Of a stretch of 64,000 nt of DNA, positions 1 through 10,376 are shown in pieces. This DNA comes from an uncultured Porphyromonadaceae bacterium. GTDB taxonomy: Bacteria > Bacteroidota > Bacteroidia > Bacteroidales > Coprobacteraceae. The position numbers were made by a program, and so were the translations under genes. The stretch's first letter is position 1. The number at the start of each line of letters is the position of its first letter. The stretch covers positions 8,153 through 72,152 of the forward strand of contig URAV01000003.1 of assembly GCA_900545915.1 (NCBI GenBank), in the 5' to 3' direction. Below the pieces are notes generated by a model. The model was not told the origin of the DNA and did not search any database. It was given only the letters and a program-made list of their open reading frames with translations.

Positions 1-1455
1 GTTTAGCCCTTGTCTGCTCAGGAAGAATCACCTCGTCGATATATCCGAGCTCCGCGGCCCTGAACGGATTGGCGAACTTCTCCCTGTACTCCTCGGTCAG
101 CGCCTCCCTCATTTCATTCTCCGCGTCCCTAAACAAAATATTTACAGCCCCCTCAGCCCCCATTACAGCAATCTCCGCATTAGGAAAAGCCAGATTAATA
201 TCCGCCCCCGTCTGCTTACTCGCCATGACAATATAAGCCCCGCCGTATGCCTTTCTAGTAATCAATGTCACCTTCGGGACAGTCGCCTCGGCAAACGCAT
301 ACACGACCTTCGCCCCATGCCTGATAATCCCGTTATGCTCCTGGAGCGTACCCGGTAAAAATCCCGGCACATCCTCAAAAGTCACCAGCGGAATATTAAA
401 ACAATCACAAAACCGGATAAACCTGGCCGCCTTATCAGAAGCATCAATGTCGAGAACTCCGGCAAGAAACGCCGGCTGGTTCGCCACGATCCCGACCGAC
501 CGTCCCCCCAATCGCGCAAACCCGACCACGATATTCTTCGCAAAATCCGGCATCACCTCGAAAAAATACCCGTCATCCACGACCGGAACAATCACCTCTT
601 TCATATCATAAGGAATATTCGGATCATCCGGAATCACCCCTCTCAATCCCGGTATCTCACGCCGTATATCATCCCTACACGCCACTCTCGGCGCATCCTC
701 CATATTATTAGCCGGCAAAAAACTCAACAACTCCCGGATAGCCAACATCACCTCCTTCTCAGAATCCGCCAGAAAATGAGCGACCCCGCTTACCGCAGCA
801 TGCGTCACCGCTCCCCCCAGCTCCTCCTTGCCTACTACCTCGTGAGTCACCGCCTTAACCACATCCGGACCCGTAACAAACATATGACTTCCCCCCCTGA
901 CCATAAAAATAAAATCGGTCAAAGCCGGAGAATAACACGCCCCCCCAGCACAAGGCCCGAGAATAGCCGAAATCTGCGGAATCACCCCCGAAGCCATAGT
1001 ATTGCGGAAAAAAATACCCGCGTACCCGGACAAGCTCTCCACCCCCTCCTGAATACGCGCTCCTCCCGAATCATTCAAAGCGATCACCGGCGCACCGTTT
1101 TTCAAAGCCAAATCCTGCACCTTCATGATCTTCCGAGCATTCTCCGCACTCAACGTACCACCAAACACCGTAAAATCATAAGCATACACAAACACCAGTC
1201 TGCCATCGATTTTCCCATACCCCGAAACGACTCCGTCTCCGGGTATTTTTGATGCGTCCAAACCATAATCATTACATCTATGAACTACCAGTTTATCCAA
1301 CTCATTGAAGGAAGCCGGGTCCAGTAACAAATCGATTCTCTCTCTTGCCGTCAACTTACCAGCCGCATGCTGCTTTCCGATCCTATCAGCACCACCAGCC
1401 TCCTCAGCCGCTTTGATCTTTTCGGCAAACACCTCATATAATTTTTCGTTATCCA
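1..1455 (-). CDS. acyl-CoA carboxylase carboxyltransferase subunit (propionyl-CoA carboxylase beta chain / methylmalonyl-CoA carboxyltransferase family), partial; C-terminus runs off the window start
   Basis: Hand translation of the minus strand from the ATG at 1455 gives [22 protein letters not shown]...[10 protein letters not shown]...[16 protein letters not shown]...[36 protein letters not shown], typical of the carboxyltransferase family. It is absent from the ORF track only because there is no stop in the window. The plus-strand ORF 776..1252 is its antisense shadow. Confidence 0.85.
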
Positions 1456-1457
1456 TA

Positions 1458-1973
1458 TCAATCCAAATCGTTTAAATTAAGCCATACCAATACTTGATCA
1501 CTGTTTACAAGGTCACCCTCCTTCACGAGAACCTCCCTGACCACACAATCCTCACTCACCTTAAAATTACTCTGCATCTTCATCGCCTCGATCACCAGCA
1601 CAGTATCCCCTGCCGACAACCTGTCCCCCGCAGCAACCATCACCCGCACGACCTTTCCCGGCATAAGAGAAATGATTCTGTCGGTCTGTTTCTCTCCGTC
1701 CTTTTTCCGAGCAGACAACAATTTCGCCTTAGCATCGAGAATCTCCACACCTAAAGAAGCGAATAAAGTATTTACCGTATAGATCTTTCCTCCTTCAGCT
1801 CTGATCAATTCGGCATTATATGAGATCCCGTCCATCAAAATCGAACATACTCCGTTTTCGGCCATCACGACATCTACATCCAGCACCTTACCGTCAATAG
1901 AAATTTTTACAGCATTCCCATCCTTGCTGATCAATTCTATATCTGCTATTCTGTTACCAACACGTATCTCCAT
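1458..1973 (-). CDS. biotin carboxyl carrier protein (biotin/lipoyl attachment domain)
   Basis: C-terminal EAMKM biotinylation motif ([13 protein letters not shown]). Three-bp gap to the upstream carboxyltransferase; operon with biotin carboxylase. Confidence 0.85.
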   Translation of the reverse strand: MEIRVGNRIADIELISKDGNAVKISIDGKVLDVDVVMAENGVCSILMDGISYNAELIRAEGGKIYTVNTLFASLGVEILDAKAKLLSARKKDGEKQTDRIISLMPGKVVRVMVAAGDRLSAGDTVLVIEAMKMQSNFKVSEDCVVREVLVKEGDLVNSDQVLVWLNLNDLD

Positions 1974-1984
1974 AACCGTACAAA

Positions 1985-3496
1985 TTAAATTCTCAAAACC
2001 CCCTTATGAATACCAAACGCCCTCCATCTACTAATCGGTCTATTATCCATTCTCCCCGTCACATTCTCCTCAAACCCCATCAAATAATCGATATAAGCCG
2101 CGATCATCGCTACTTCCTCACATGCCTCCTCCCGAGCAGGTTTACCTTCGAGAAGAAATTCCGAGTTATTGGCTATGAAGCCTGTATCATAACACCCCTT
2201 CACAAAATCCGGCGTATCCATAATCCTCCTCAAATAAGCAATATTACTCTTCACCCCCGTAATCTTATACTCAAACAACACCCTTCTCATCCTTTCAATC
2301 GCATACTCCCTACAAGTCGCCCACACGATCAACTTACCGATCATCGGATCATAAAATACGGGAATCTCATACCCCTCATACACATAACTATCCACCCTCA
2401 CTCCGATACCATTCGGTTCGGTAATTTGCTTGACAATTCCCGGAGCCGGTAAAAAATCAGCCTCTGTGTCTTCTGCGCAAATCCGGCACTCGATCGCGTG
2501 TCCTCTTTGTACAATATCTTCTTGTTTCAGTCTTAGCGGTCTGCCGTTTGCAATGTGAATCTGTTCCTTTACCAAATCGATACCCAATACCTCCTCCGTA
2601 ATCGGATGCTCCACTTGCAATCTCGTATTCATCTCAAGGAAAAAATAATTTCCGCTCCCGTCCACAAGAAACTCGATCGTTCCAGCCCCCACATAATTCA
2701 CCGCCTTAGCCGCGGCCACGGCTTTTTCACCCATCTCCCGTCTCAAGACCTCAGAAATAAAAGGCGAAGGCGTCTCCTCCACAATCTTCTGATTCCTTCT
2801 CTGCACCGAACATTCCCTCTCACAAAGATGGATCACGTTGCCGTGTTTATCACCCAGAATTTGGAACTCGATATGATGCGGATGCTCTACGAATTTCTCG
2901 ATATACACGGTATCATCCCCAAATGAAGTCAAAGATTCGGATTTAGCCGCCAGAAACGCCTCTTCGACCTCTTCAGGCTTTCTAGCCAACCTCATTCCCT
3001 TTCCACCTCCCCCGGCCGAAGCCTTCAACATCACCGGGTATCCGATACGATTGCACACCTCTATCGCCTCCACAGAAGAATTCAGATTTTCAGTCGTTCC
3101 GGGCACGACCGGCACACCCGCCTCCCTCATTCTCCTACGCGCAGAAATCTTATCCCCCATCACCACCATAGTCTCCGGCTCCGGTCCAATGAAAACAATT
3201 CCAGCATCATTACACCTTCTCGCAAACGCAGCATTCTCGGACAAGAACCCGTATCCAGGATGAATCGCATCCGCCCCGTGCTCGACCGCCACTTGAATAA
3301 TTTTGTCGATATTCAAATAACTCTCCCTAGCCTCAGCCGGACCGATACAATACGCCTCATCAGCATACATCACATGCCTGGCCGCCCTGTCGGCCTCAGA
3401 AAATACAGCTATTGTACGTATCTCCATCTCTTTGCACGAACGCATCACTCGCACGGCGATCTCGCCGCGATTGGCTACTAATATTTTCTTTATCAT
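1985..3496 (-). CDS. accC: biotin carboxylase (acetyl/propionyl-CoA carboxylase, ATP-grasp)
   Basis: MIKKILVANRGEIAVRVMRSC..., ATP-grasp glycine loop GGGGKGM, EMNTRLQVEHPITE; 503 aa. Confidence 0.9.
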   Translation of the reverse strand: MIKKILVANRGEIAVRVMRSCKEMEIRTIAVFSEADRAARHVMYADEAYCIGPAEARESYLNIDKIIQVAVEHGADAIHPGYGFLSENAAFARRCNDAGIVFIGPEPETMVVMGDKISARRRMREAGVPVVPGTTENLNSSVEAIEVCNRIGYPVMLKASAGGGGKGMRLARKPEEVEEAFLAAKSESLTSFGDDTVYIEKFVEHPHHIEFQILGDKHGNVIHLCERECSVQRRNQKIVEETPSPFISEVLRREMGEKAVAAAKAVNYVGAGTIEFLVDGSGNYFFLEMNTRLQVEHPITEEVLGIDLVKEQIHIANGRPLRLKQEDIVQRGHAIECRICAEDTEADFLPAPGIVKQITEPNGIGVRVDSYVYEGYEIPVFYDPMIGKLIVWATCREYAIERMRRVLFEYKITGVKSNIAYLRRIMDTPDFVKGCYDTGFIANNSEFLLEGKPAREEACEEVAMIAAYIDYLMGFEENVTGRMDNRPISRWRAFGIHKGVLRI

Positions 3497-4126
3497 TGTT
3501 TTCCTATTGATTATGTTGTTATAACATAGATTTTTAAAAAGTATGAAGAGTCACTCTCCGGTATTTCCCGGACAGAATTTGTATAAATATTTTGAATGAT
3601 TGTGTGATCGGACGTAAGAGTCTTGTAAATCGTCCAGTTCAGTAAAAACACATAAATAGTTATCCGCATTATCGGATTGGTTGATAAAAGAGATATCGCA
3701 TTGCGGACATATCTTTTTCATAAATGATAAAAATTGAAATCAATAATTTTTTCGTATCTACACTCTAACCCTCGAGAATGTAAACCTTTAATGAATGGCA
3801 GGTCTTCTGACTGACTCCCATTCTGAAGCCTTCCCGGTCATAAACCAGTGGCAAAGTTTTTTCAGAATGTTGAATAGAGCTTCACAGCAGCGGGACTGTT
3901 CGGGATTTGCACCCGATTCCCTTTTAATTTGCTTTTACGAAAAGGAAAAGCAAAACCAATTCTGCGGCAAATATAGGGATAAATTTTAATTTATGAGAAT
4001 ATGTAATGAAATATCAATGGCGGAATATAGCGTACGATATAACATTTATAGGACTTATTCCCTGATTATAAGGTTTATTTTTGAATTGATTTATGAATAT
4101 TTTTTGTCAAAAAAATTAGATAGACT

Positions 4127-5245
4127 CTACGATATTTTTCGTATATTTTTTTTCTTCTTTTTTCCCGGATCTTCTTTTAATATGTATTTTTGGTAATAAG
4201 CCAGAACGAGAGACGTGAGAGGAAGAGCTATAATCATGCCGATGACACCGAGCAGAGTTCCCCATATCGACAGAGATAAAAGTATAATTGCCGGATTTAA
4301 TCCTGTGACATGTCCCATGATGCGAGGGACGAGAATTATATCTTGAATTAACTGTACTATGATGAAAACAGCCATGCATGCTGCGAACAAAAGCCAGAAA
4401 TTTTGTCCCGATTCAGAGGCTTTTATCAAACATAACAAAACTGTCGGGATAACTCCGATGATTTGCAGATAAGGTACCATATTCAGTAGTCCGATAAATA
4501 ATCCCAATACGATAGCGAGGGGTAGTCCGACGATAAGAAATCCGATGCTGAAAAGAACGCCGACTAAAAAGGCAACGAGAGACTGACCTCTGAAATACCG
4601 ATTCATGCTTACTTGCACGTCGGTGAGTATCCCTAATACTGTTCTGCGGTAGCGGCGTGGAATGAGGCCTCGGAAGCCGACGATGATCTTTTCATAATCA
4701 AGCAGGATGAAAAAAAGATACAATAATACTATAAACCAGCTTATAATAGTGATAATCTGGTTTACCGACCCGGTAAGAAAAGACCATGCTTGGGTAACAG
4801 TTGTTTCGATCAATTTTTTCCAGTCTTCTTTGTTCATTATCTGTGCGATCTGCTCGAAATCGATTTTTTCCCGAATATAATCATGCCAACTTTCGGGAAT
4901 GAAAGGTATAGCATTATCCGTCGATATGTAATTATGAATAAGAATTTTCATTTTATCTATTTCCTCTATAATAGATGGTATGAAAATCCAGCCGAGCAAT
5001 CCGAAAAAAAGAATGACAGAAAGGAGGGTCGCTGAAATAGCTACTACCCGGTTTTTGATATGGCATTTATTATGAAAAAATTCTACGATCGGATGCATAA
5101 GGTAGGCCAGTAACCATGCAACAAGAAAAGGCAGAAGTGCACCTTTCAGCAAGTTTATCAAGTAAAAAGTCCCGATGAGAACTGCGATACTGAATATGAT
5201 TCGGGTAACCCGGTCGAAAGTATAAGGACGACGTGAAAGATACAT
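4127..5245 (-). CDS. AI-2E family transporter (PerM/YhhT-like, UPF0118) membrane protein
   Basis: Multi-pass hydrophobic protein with the characteristic layout and a lysine-rich C-terminal tail. Confidence 0.75.
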   Translation of the reverse strand: MYLSRRPYTFDRVTRIIFSIAVLIGTFYLINLLKGALLPFLVAWLLAYLMHPIVEFFHNKCHIKNRVVAISATLLSVILFFGLLGWIFIPSIIEEIDKMKILIHNYISTDNAIPFIPESWHDYIREKIDFEQIAQIMNKEDWKKLIETTVTQAWSFLTGSVNQIITIISWFIVLLYLFFILLDYEKIIVGFRGLIPRRYRRTVLGILTDVQVSMNRYFRGQSLVAFLVGVLFSIGFLIVGLPLAIVLGLFIGLLNMVPYLQIIGVIPTVLLCLIKASESGQNFWLLFAACMAVFIIVQLIQDIILVPRIMGHVTGLNPAIILLSLSIWGTLLGVIGMIIALPLTSLVLAYYQKYILKEDPGKKKKKNIRKIS

Positions 5246-5301
5246 GATTACTTCTATTTTGATTATAATTGATAATGAAGAATATATGCAAGTGTGAATA
5301 T

Positions 5302-5886
5302 CTATTCTTGCAATGTATGCTTTTTATTATAGCATGTGCGACAAAGTGGCTGATATTCTCCTTTTTCGCCTAATAAAACTCTTTTATCATTGTCTACGAG
5401 TCGGTGAGAATAATTTGCCAAATGTCCGCATTCTACGCAAATAGCATGAACTTTGGTCACTTCGTCGGCAATCGATAACAAATAAGGCATAGGTCCGAAA
5501 GGTATCTTTTTGAAGTCCATGTCTAATCCTGCTACGATAACCCGTGTTCCTTGATCGGCAAGCTGGTTGCAGATATCGACGATGCCCTGATCGAAAAATT
5601 GGGCCTCATCGATACCTACGACATCTACACCGCTTGATAATAGCAATATACTTGCAGAACTGTCTACCGGAGTCGATTGTATGGAGTTACTGTCATGGGA
5701 TACGATTTCTTCTTCCGAGTAACGTACATCGATAGACGGTTTGAAGATTTCGACTTTCTGACGAGCTATTTTTGCGCGTTTGAGCCGTCTTATCAATTCT
5801 TCGGTTTTTCCTGAAAACATCGATCCGCAAATTACTTCTATGCGTCCGCGTTTATGGGTTTCGTAGTTTTCTTCAGAAAATAACAT
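5302..5886 (-). CDS. tdk: thymidine kinase
   Basis: P-loop [15 protein letters not shown]-terminal zinc ribbon CVECG...CRTC; 194 aa. Confidence 0.9.
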   Translation of the reverse strand: MLFSEENYETHKRGRIEVICGSMFSGKTEELIRRLKRAKIARQKVEIFKPSIDVRYSEEEIVSHDSNSIQSTPVDSSASILLLSSGVDVVGIDEAQFFDQGIVDICNQLADQGTRVIVAGLDMDFKKIPFGPMPYLLSIADEVTKVHAICVECGHLANYSHRLVDNDKRVLLGEKGEYQPLCRTCYNKKHTLQE

Positions 5887-5920
5887 TTTGATTCTCTTAT
5901 ATTAAATAGTTCAAGAAGTT

Positions 5921-6100
5921 TTAGAACCTGTCTGAATTTTCCAACAAAAAAATATTATCAGGTCATCTTTGCGTTTTCTTTCGGTCTTTTTCCCCGTTTT
6001 CCCTCGTCGGATAGCCCGCTATCCTCCTTGTAAAAACAGAAAAACATCCTCGAAAGAAACTCTCAAACCTGACCCGAGCAAAATTTAGACAGGCTCTTAT
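5921..6100 (+). repeat. MITE-like dispersed repeat, copy A (about 180 bp, imperfect terminal inverted repeats TTAGAACCTGTCTGAATTTT / AAATTTAGACAGGCTCTTAT)
   Basis: Same element recurs at 8115-8309 (reverse), 34366-34543, 37093-37273 (reverse). Diverged variants at 13544-13710 and 15410-15500. Fragments at 20588-20660 and 24716-24740. All intergenic. Confidence 0.8.
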
Positions 6101-6348
6101 ATCTTGAAACAAATGTACGACACTTTTTTATTTTTTTGAACTATCCGGTTCGAATTTACTTATATGACTTGTTCAAAATTATGAAAATGCTTTTAGAATA
6201 AGAGGGATAGCGGATTGCATAATGTACAGGAACAGGAAAATATCCTTATATATCTATTGTCGGAAAATTCAGATAAGGGCTAAAAATGAAACAAAATTGT
6301 ATATTCTTTGAAAATCGGTTATTTTTGTTTTAGAAATTATATCTTCTT

Positions 6349-7806
6349 ATGAATATATCTGTTATAAAATATCTTATTGTGTTCTTTTGGACGGGATTAT
6401 TCTCTTTTTCGCATGCCGAGACAGGTATATCTCGTTTTGTTTCTTTGCCGGAATTGCATTCAGCTTCGGTAGGTTTTTGTATTATGGATGTTGAAACGGG
6501 AGAAATAGTATCTTCTTATGACTCTCGGCGCTTACTTCTTCCGGCTTCGGCATTGAAGCTACTAACTTCGGCAACAGCTCTCGGAATATATGGGGGAGAA
6601 CATCGTTTTTATACCGATGTACAATATTCGGGACATATCGGTAAAGATAGTGTGCTTTATGGCGATTTATATATTCGGGGGTGCGGAGACCCAACATTAG
6701 GTTCGGAATATGGTACACGTCAGGTTTTTGATTTTCGAAATCGTTTGTTGAAAGAGCTTGAAAATGCAGGTATTCGTCGTATAGAAGGGAGCATTATTGC
6801 TGATGACAGCCGATTCGATACGGAAGGGGTTTCGCCGAAATGGTTGTGGGAAGATGTCGGGAATTATTTTGCAGCAGGTTGCTATGGCATTAATTATAGA
6901 GACAATACTTATCGTCTGACATTGCGTTCGGGAATAAAAGGTTCGATACCCGTTATTATCGGAGTAGAACCGGAAATACCCGGATTGAGTTTTTCTAATC
7001 ACCTTGTTTCGAGCAGTAATGCGATTGACAGTGCCTACATATACGGAGCTCCTTTTTCTTTACGGAGGTATATTTATGGGAGTATTCCGGAAAAACGGGA
7101 TCGTTTTGTCATAAAAGGTGATTTACCAGATCCCGCTTTGTTTTTTGTAAATGAAATAACGTCTTTTTTGAAAACTTCCCGAATCGAAGTGGTCGGTGCA
7201 CCTGTAACGATGCGTATATTGAATGAAGAAAAAAAAATAAAACCTTTACCAGATCGGTATGTGCTGTTTCGTTATTCTTCAGACCGTTTATCTGATATTA
7301 TTCGCATTGTAAATCATAACAGTAATAATTTATATGCTGAAACTTTATTGCGTTGGATCGCTTTGTCTCGTTATCCGGAAGCATCGGCATCGAAAGGTAT
7401 CGAGGTGTTGAAGCATTTTTGGAAAGAGAAAGGAGTGTTTCTGGATGATCTTGTTATGTACGACGGTAGCGGTTTGTCTCCGGTAAACCGTATCTCGGCC
7501 GCAATGTTGTGTCGGATACTTGCGGCTGTGGCTTCGGATAAAAATTCGCAGGCGGTATTTTATTCTTCGTTACCGTGTCCGGGAGTAAGTGGTACGGTAC
7601 GTTCATTTTTGAAAAATTCGTCTTTTTCGAAAAGAATGAGGTTGAAAAGCGGTAGTATGGCACATGTCCAAAGTTATGCAGGATATTATGATGCGGGAAA
7701 TAAAAAATATGCTGTGTCTGTCATTGTAAATAATTTCTCAGGCTCTCGTTCACATTTGCGTCGTGTGTTGGAACAGATGTTCGAGACAGAATTGAGATCG
7801 TTATAG
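6349..7806 (+). CDS. dacB: D-alanyl-D-alanine carboxypeptidase/endopeptidase, PBP4 family (peptidase S13)
   Basis: Signal peptide; SxxK (PASALKLLT), SxN (YDGSGLS) and KSG motifs; 485 aa. Confidence 0.8.
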   Translation: MNISVIKYLIVFFWTGLFSFSHAETGISRFVSLPELHSASVGFCIMDVETGEIVSSYDSRRLLLPASALKLLTSATALGIYGGEHRFYTDVQYSGHIGKDSVLYGDLYIRGCGDPTLGSEYGTRQVFDFRNRLLKELENAGIRRIEGSIIADDSRFDTEGVSPKWLWEDVGNYFAAGCYGINYRDNTYRLTLRSGIKGSIPVIIGVEPEIPGLSFSNHLVSSSNAIDSAYIYGAPFSLRRYIYGSIPEKRDRFVIKGDLPDPALFFVNEITSFLKTSRIEVVGAPVTMRILNEEKKIKPLPDRYVLFRYSSDRLSDIIRIVNHNSNNLYAETLLRWIALSRYPEASASKGIEVLKHFWKEKGVFLDDLVMYDGSGLSPVNRISAAMLCRILAAVASDKNSQAVFYSSLPCPGVSGTVRSFLKNSSFSKRMRLKSGSMAHVQSYAGYYDAGNKKYAVSVIVNNFSGSRSHLRRVLEQMFETELRSL

Positions 7807-8114
7807 GTTGAATCCTCAAAAAACAGAAAAATATTCTCAAAGCCGCCCCGAATAAAATTTAAATGGGATTTTAGAACCGTTTTTTATTCTTTATGAGAAA
7901 GTTTCCCTCATATGAACTTTTAACAATTTTATACCTCTGTCGGACAGAGTACTATTTTCTGATCGCATAGGTAAATCAAATCCGAAAACTTATCTTAAAT
8001 CATCATGTATGATAAAAGCAAACGGTTTCTTAATATTCAGAATATCGGTAAGATAAAAGATGTTTTGCTATATTTGTAAATTGTTAACCTTAAAAGGACT
8101 CTTGTAGGATAGTT

Positions 8115-8309
8115 TTAGAGCCTATCTGAATTTTGTTCGGGTCAGATTTGAGAGTTCCTTTCGAGTATGTTTTGTTGTTTTTACGAGGATGATAGTGGGG
8201 TATCTAATAAGTGAGAACAGGGAAACAAACCAGAAGAAAACGTAAAAATGACCTGATAATATTTTTTTGTTGGAAAATTCAGACGTACAAATGTACGACA
8301 GGCTCTTAA
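8115..8309 (-). repeat. MITE-like dispersed repeat, copy B (reverse orientation; 15-bp palindromic insertion GTACAAATGTAC in one TIR)
   Basis: About 85% identical to the reverse complement of copy A over about 180 bp. Confidence 0.8.
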
Positions 8310-8512
8310 AGTCTTCTTCTGAGAAATATATAATATAGGAAAAATCTGGTTTGATAATTTTTTAATTACTGAAGATATTTCATTGATAAATTCCGGTTTT
8401 TACCCTGTATTTACTTTTATTTTTATCATAAGAAGAACAAGAATTCATAATTTATTTGTCTGAATTCTTACGTTTTTTTGAATATTATTAGAAGAAATTA
8501 TTGGCCAACTCA

Positions 8513-8677
8513 CATGAACGTTTGTTAAAACGCAAATAATTTCTAACTTTGTAGTGTCGGAATTGGAGTAGAGACTTTTTATCCGACATACATGTTAGAG
8601 AAGCGTTTAGTTTTATCCTCGCTTTGAAAATCGCCAATTTTTAAAACATTGAAGGATAAACAGAACAAACGTTCATG
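8513..8677. promoter_or_regulatory. candidate invertible promoter (DNA switch): 14-bp perfect inverted repeats CATGAACGTTTGTT / AACAAACGTTCATG flanking a 137-bp segment that carries a Bacteroides-type promoter (TTTG, 19-bp gap, TAACTTTG)
   Basis: IRs read directly at 8513-8526 and 8664-8677. The IR core AAACGTTCAT matches 9 of 10 positions of ARACGTWCGT, which I recall as the Mpi-type Bacteroides invertible-promoter IR consensus. TAnnTTTG -7 element at 8544-8551 with TTTG at 8521-8524. About 420 bp upstream of a fimbrial operon. Confidence 0.35.
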
Positions 8678-9096
8678 CTTTTCCATTATAATCACGAGAG
8701 TGAATATATAAGGTTAGGCGTGGGTTGGCTGTTTATTTCAATGTGGGTGTTTGGCGATACCTCAAAGCGAGTAAACTGACAAATTCCCACGCTTTTTTTA
8801 TGTTTTGTTTTATCTTAAGTGAAACTGCTGATTTGGGGAATTTATGGCGAAAAATCTTTAGATCATGAAAATAGTTTTGTCATTTAAGATGAAGAGTCCG
8901 ATACATGGTTTGCATGGATTAGTTGTGGCAGTAAATTTTTTGATGAACTCTGTTGGTATCGTTAAAGCCCATACTTCTGGGAGTTATCTTAATAAATCTA
9001 TTTTTTAAATCCATCTTGTTATTATTAAAAATTAAGAAATGGCAAAAGCTTTAATTGCTTGTCATTTAGTCGAATCTATTATTATATAATTAAATT

Positions 9097-10371
9097 GTGA
9101 AAAGATATAAAAAAAGGTGGGTCTTATTGTTGATAACTGCATTATTTTTGTCGGGTATTGTATGGGCGCAGGAAACATCCGAGACTTTCACTTCGTGCTC
9201 GAATAAAGATTATCCTAATTATGTGATTTTTTTGTCAGATAAAAAAATCGATTCTGTTTTTTATTATGCCAATACTTCGATAGCACCAGTTATTTTTAAA
9301 GTGAATAAGCATAAATTGTATCCCAACAAACAGTTGGATAGTATTGCTGATATATTACGGCGAATACAACAAGATACTGTAATCCGTTTGTCGCATGTAT
9401 GGGTCGGAGGAAGTGCCTCACCAGAAGGACCTCCGAGTTGGAATTATCAATTAGGTGAGTATCGTTCTCGGGCTCTTGCCGATTTTTTGTTACAAGAAAC
9501 CGGTATTCCGGAAAGTAAACTTAAAGTTGAAAACCTTTGGGAAGATTGGTATTCGTTTGAAGTTGCATTGAAAAATGGAGCGCAAATTCCCAATAAAAGC
9601 AAGGTTCTTGATATTTTAGCAAAAGAGACTGATAATGAACGTCGTAAAAAACAAATTAAAGCTCTTGACGGAGGATATACTTGGCAACGGATTATTCGGA
9701 ATATATTTCCTCCGTTCAGGAATGCACGTATTGCCATTGTCTGTCAGGAAGAACAATTTCCTCTGCCTCCAGTATCAAAAAATTTACAAGTTGCAGAATT
9801 TCGCATGCCAGATTTGAATCCTGCTATTCCTTTTTCTTTACAACCGTCGCAACAAGAAAAATGGATAATTGCTATTAAGTCGAATTTATTGTTTGTTGCG
9901 GCATTGACTGCTAATTTGGGTATTGAAATTAGCCCGTGTTCCCATTGGTCTTTTGATTTACCGGTGTGGTATTCTCCATATAATATTACTTCGACGCGAA
10001 AGTTGCGTTTATTGGCGGTACAACCGGAAATACGTTGGTGGCCGAAAGAAACCATGAAAGGACATTTTATCGGTTTACATACCCATGTCGCCGGTTTTAA
10101 TGTGGCAATTAATAATCATGGTCGTTATCAAGATCCTAACCATGCTTTATGGGGAATGGGAATCAGTTATGGTTATGCTATCGATATCGGTAAAACGAAA
10201 AGATGGACTTTGGAATGTAATATAGGAGCAGGATTTGCTGAATTTGATTATGATGTTTACCGTAACTGGAAGAATGGTCCGAAATTTCGTTCGGGGTCAG
10301 ACTGGTATTGGGGTATAACGAGAGGAGGCGTTTCGATATCCTATAAATGGTATAAACAACGGAAAAGGTAA
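9097..10371 (+). CDS. OmpA-like/DUF3575 outer-membrane protein, first gene of a type V pilus-like operon (GTG start)
   Basis: Signal peptide, OmpA-C-like peptidoglycan-binding segment (GGSASPEGPPSWNYQLGEYRSRALADFL), then a DUF3575-like beta-rich C-terminal half. Operon context with a lipoprotein and a fimbrillin. Confidence 0.55.
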   Translation: MKRYKKRWVLLLITALFLSGIVWAQETSETFTSCSNKDYPNYVIFLSDKKIDSVFYYANTSIAPVIFKVNKHKLYPNKQLDSIADILRRIQQDTVIRLSHVWVGGSASPEGPPSWNYQLGEYRSRALADFLLQETGIPESKLKVENLWEDWYSFEVALKNGAQIPNKSKVLDILAKETDNERRKKQIKALDGGYTWQRIIRNIFPPFRNARIAIVCQEEQFPLPPVSKNLQVAEFRMPDLNPAIPFSLQPSQQEKWIIAIKSNLLFVAALTANLGIEISPCSHWSFDLPVWYSPYNITSTRKLRLLAVQPEIRWWPKETMKGHFIGLHTHVAGFNVAINNHGRYQDPNHALWGMGISYGYAIDIGKTKRWTLECNIGAGFAEFDYDVYRNWKNGPKFRSGSDWYWGITRGGVSISYKWYKQRKR

Positions 10372-10376
10372 AGAAT

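Noticed and set aside
776-1252. 158-aa plus-strand ORF rich in Pro/Arg/Ser/His
   Set aside because: Antisense shadow of the real minus-strand carboxyltransferase gene (1-1455). Low-complexity composition, no start context.
2006-3481. Several 70-150-aa plus-strand ORFs inside the accC region
   Set aside because: All lie antisense within the well-supported biotin carboxylase CDS and have low-complexity, Arg/His-rich translations.
4140-4175. Homopolymeric T/A tract (T8 and neighbouring runs) as a possible slipped-strand phase-variation site
   Set aside because: It encodes the lysine-rich C-terminal tail (PGKKKKKNIRKIS) at the extreme 3' end of the AI-2E transporter gene, so length changes would barely affect the protein. 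No evidence of regulation.
6136-6160. GGTTCGAAT T-loop-like sequence suggesting a tRNA
   Set aside because: No acceptor stem, D-arm or anticodon arm can be built around it, and no CCA context. It is an isolated motif.
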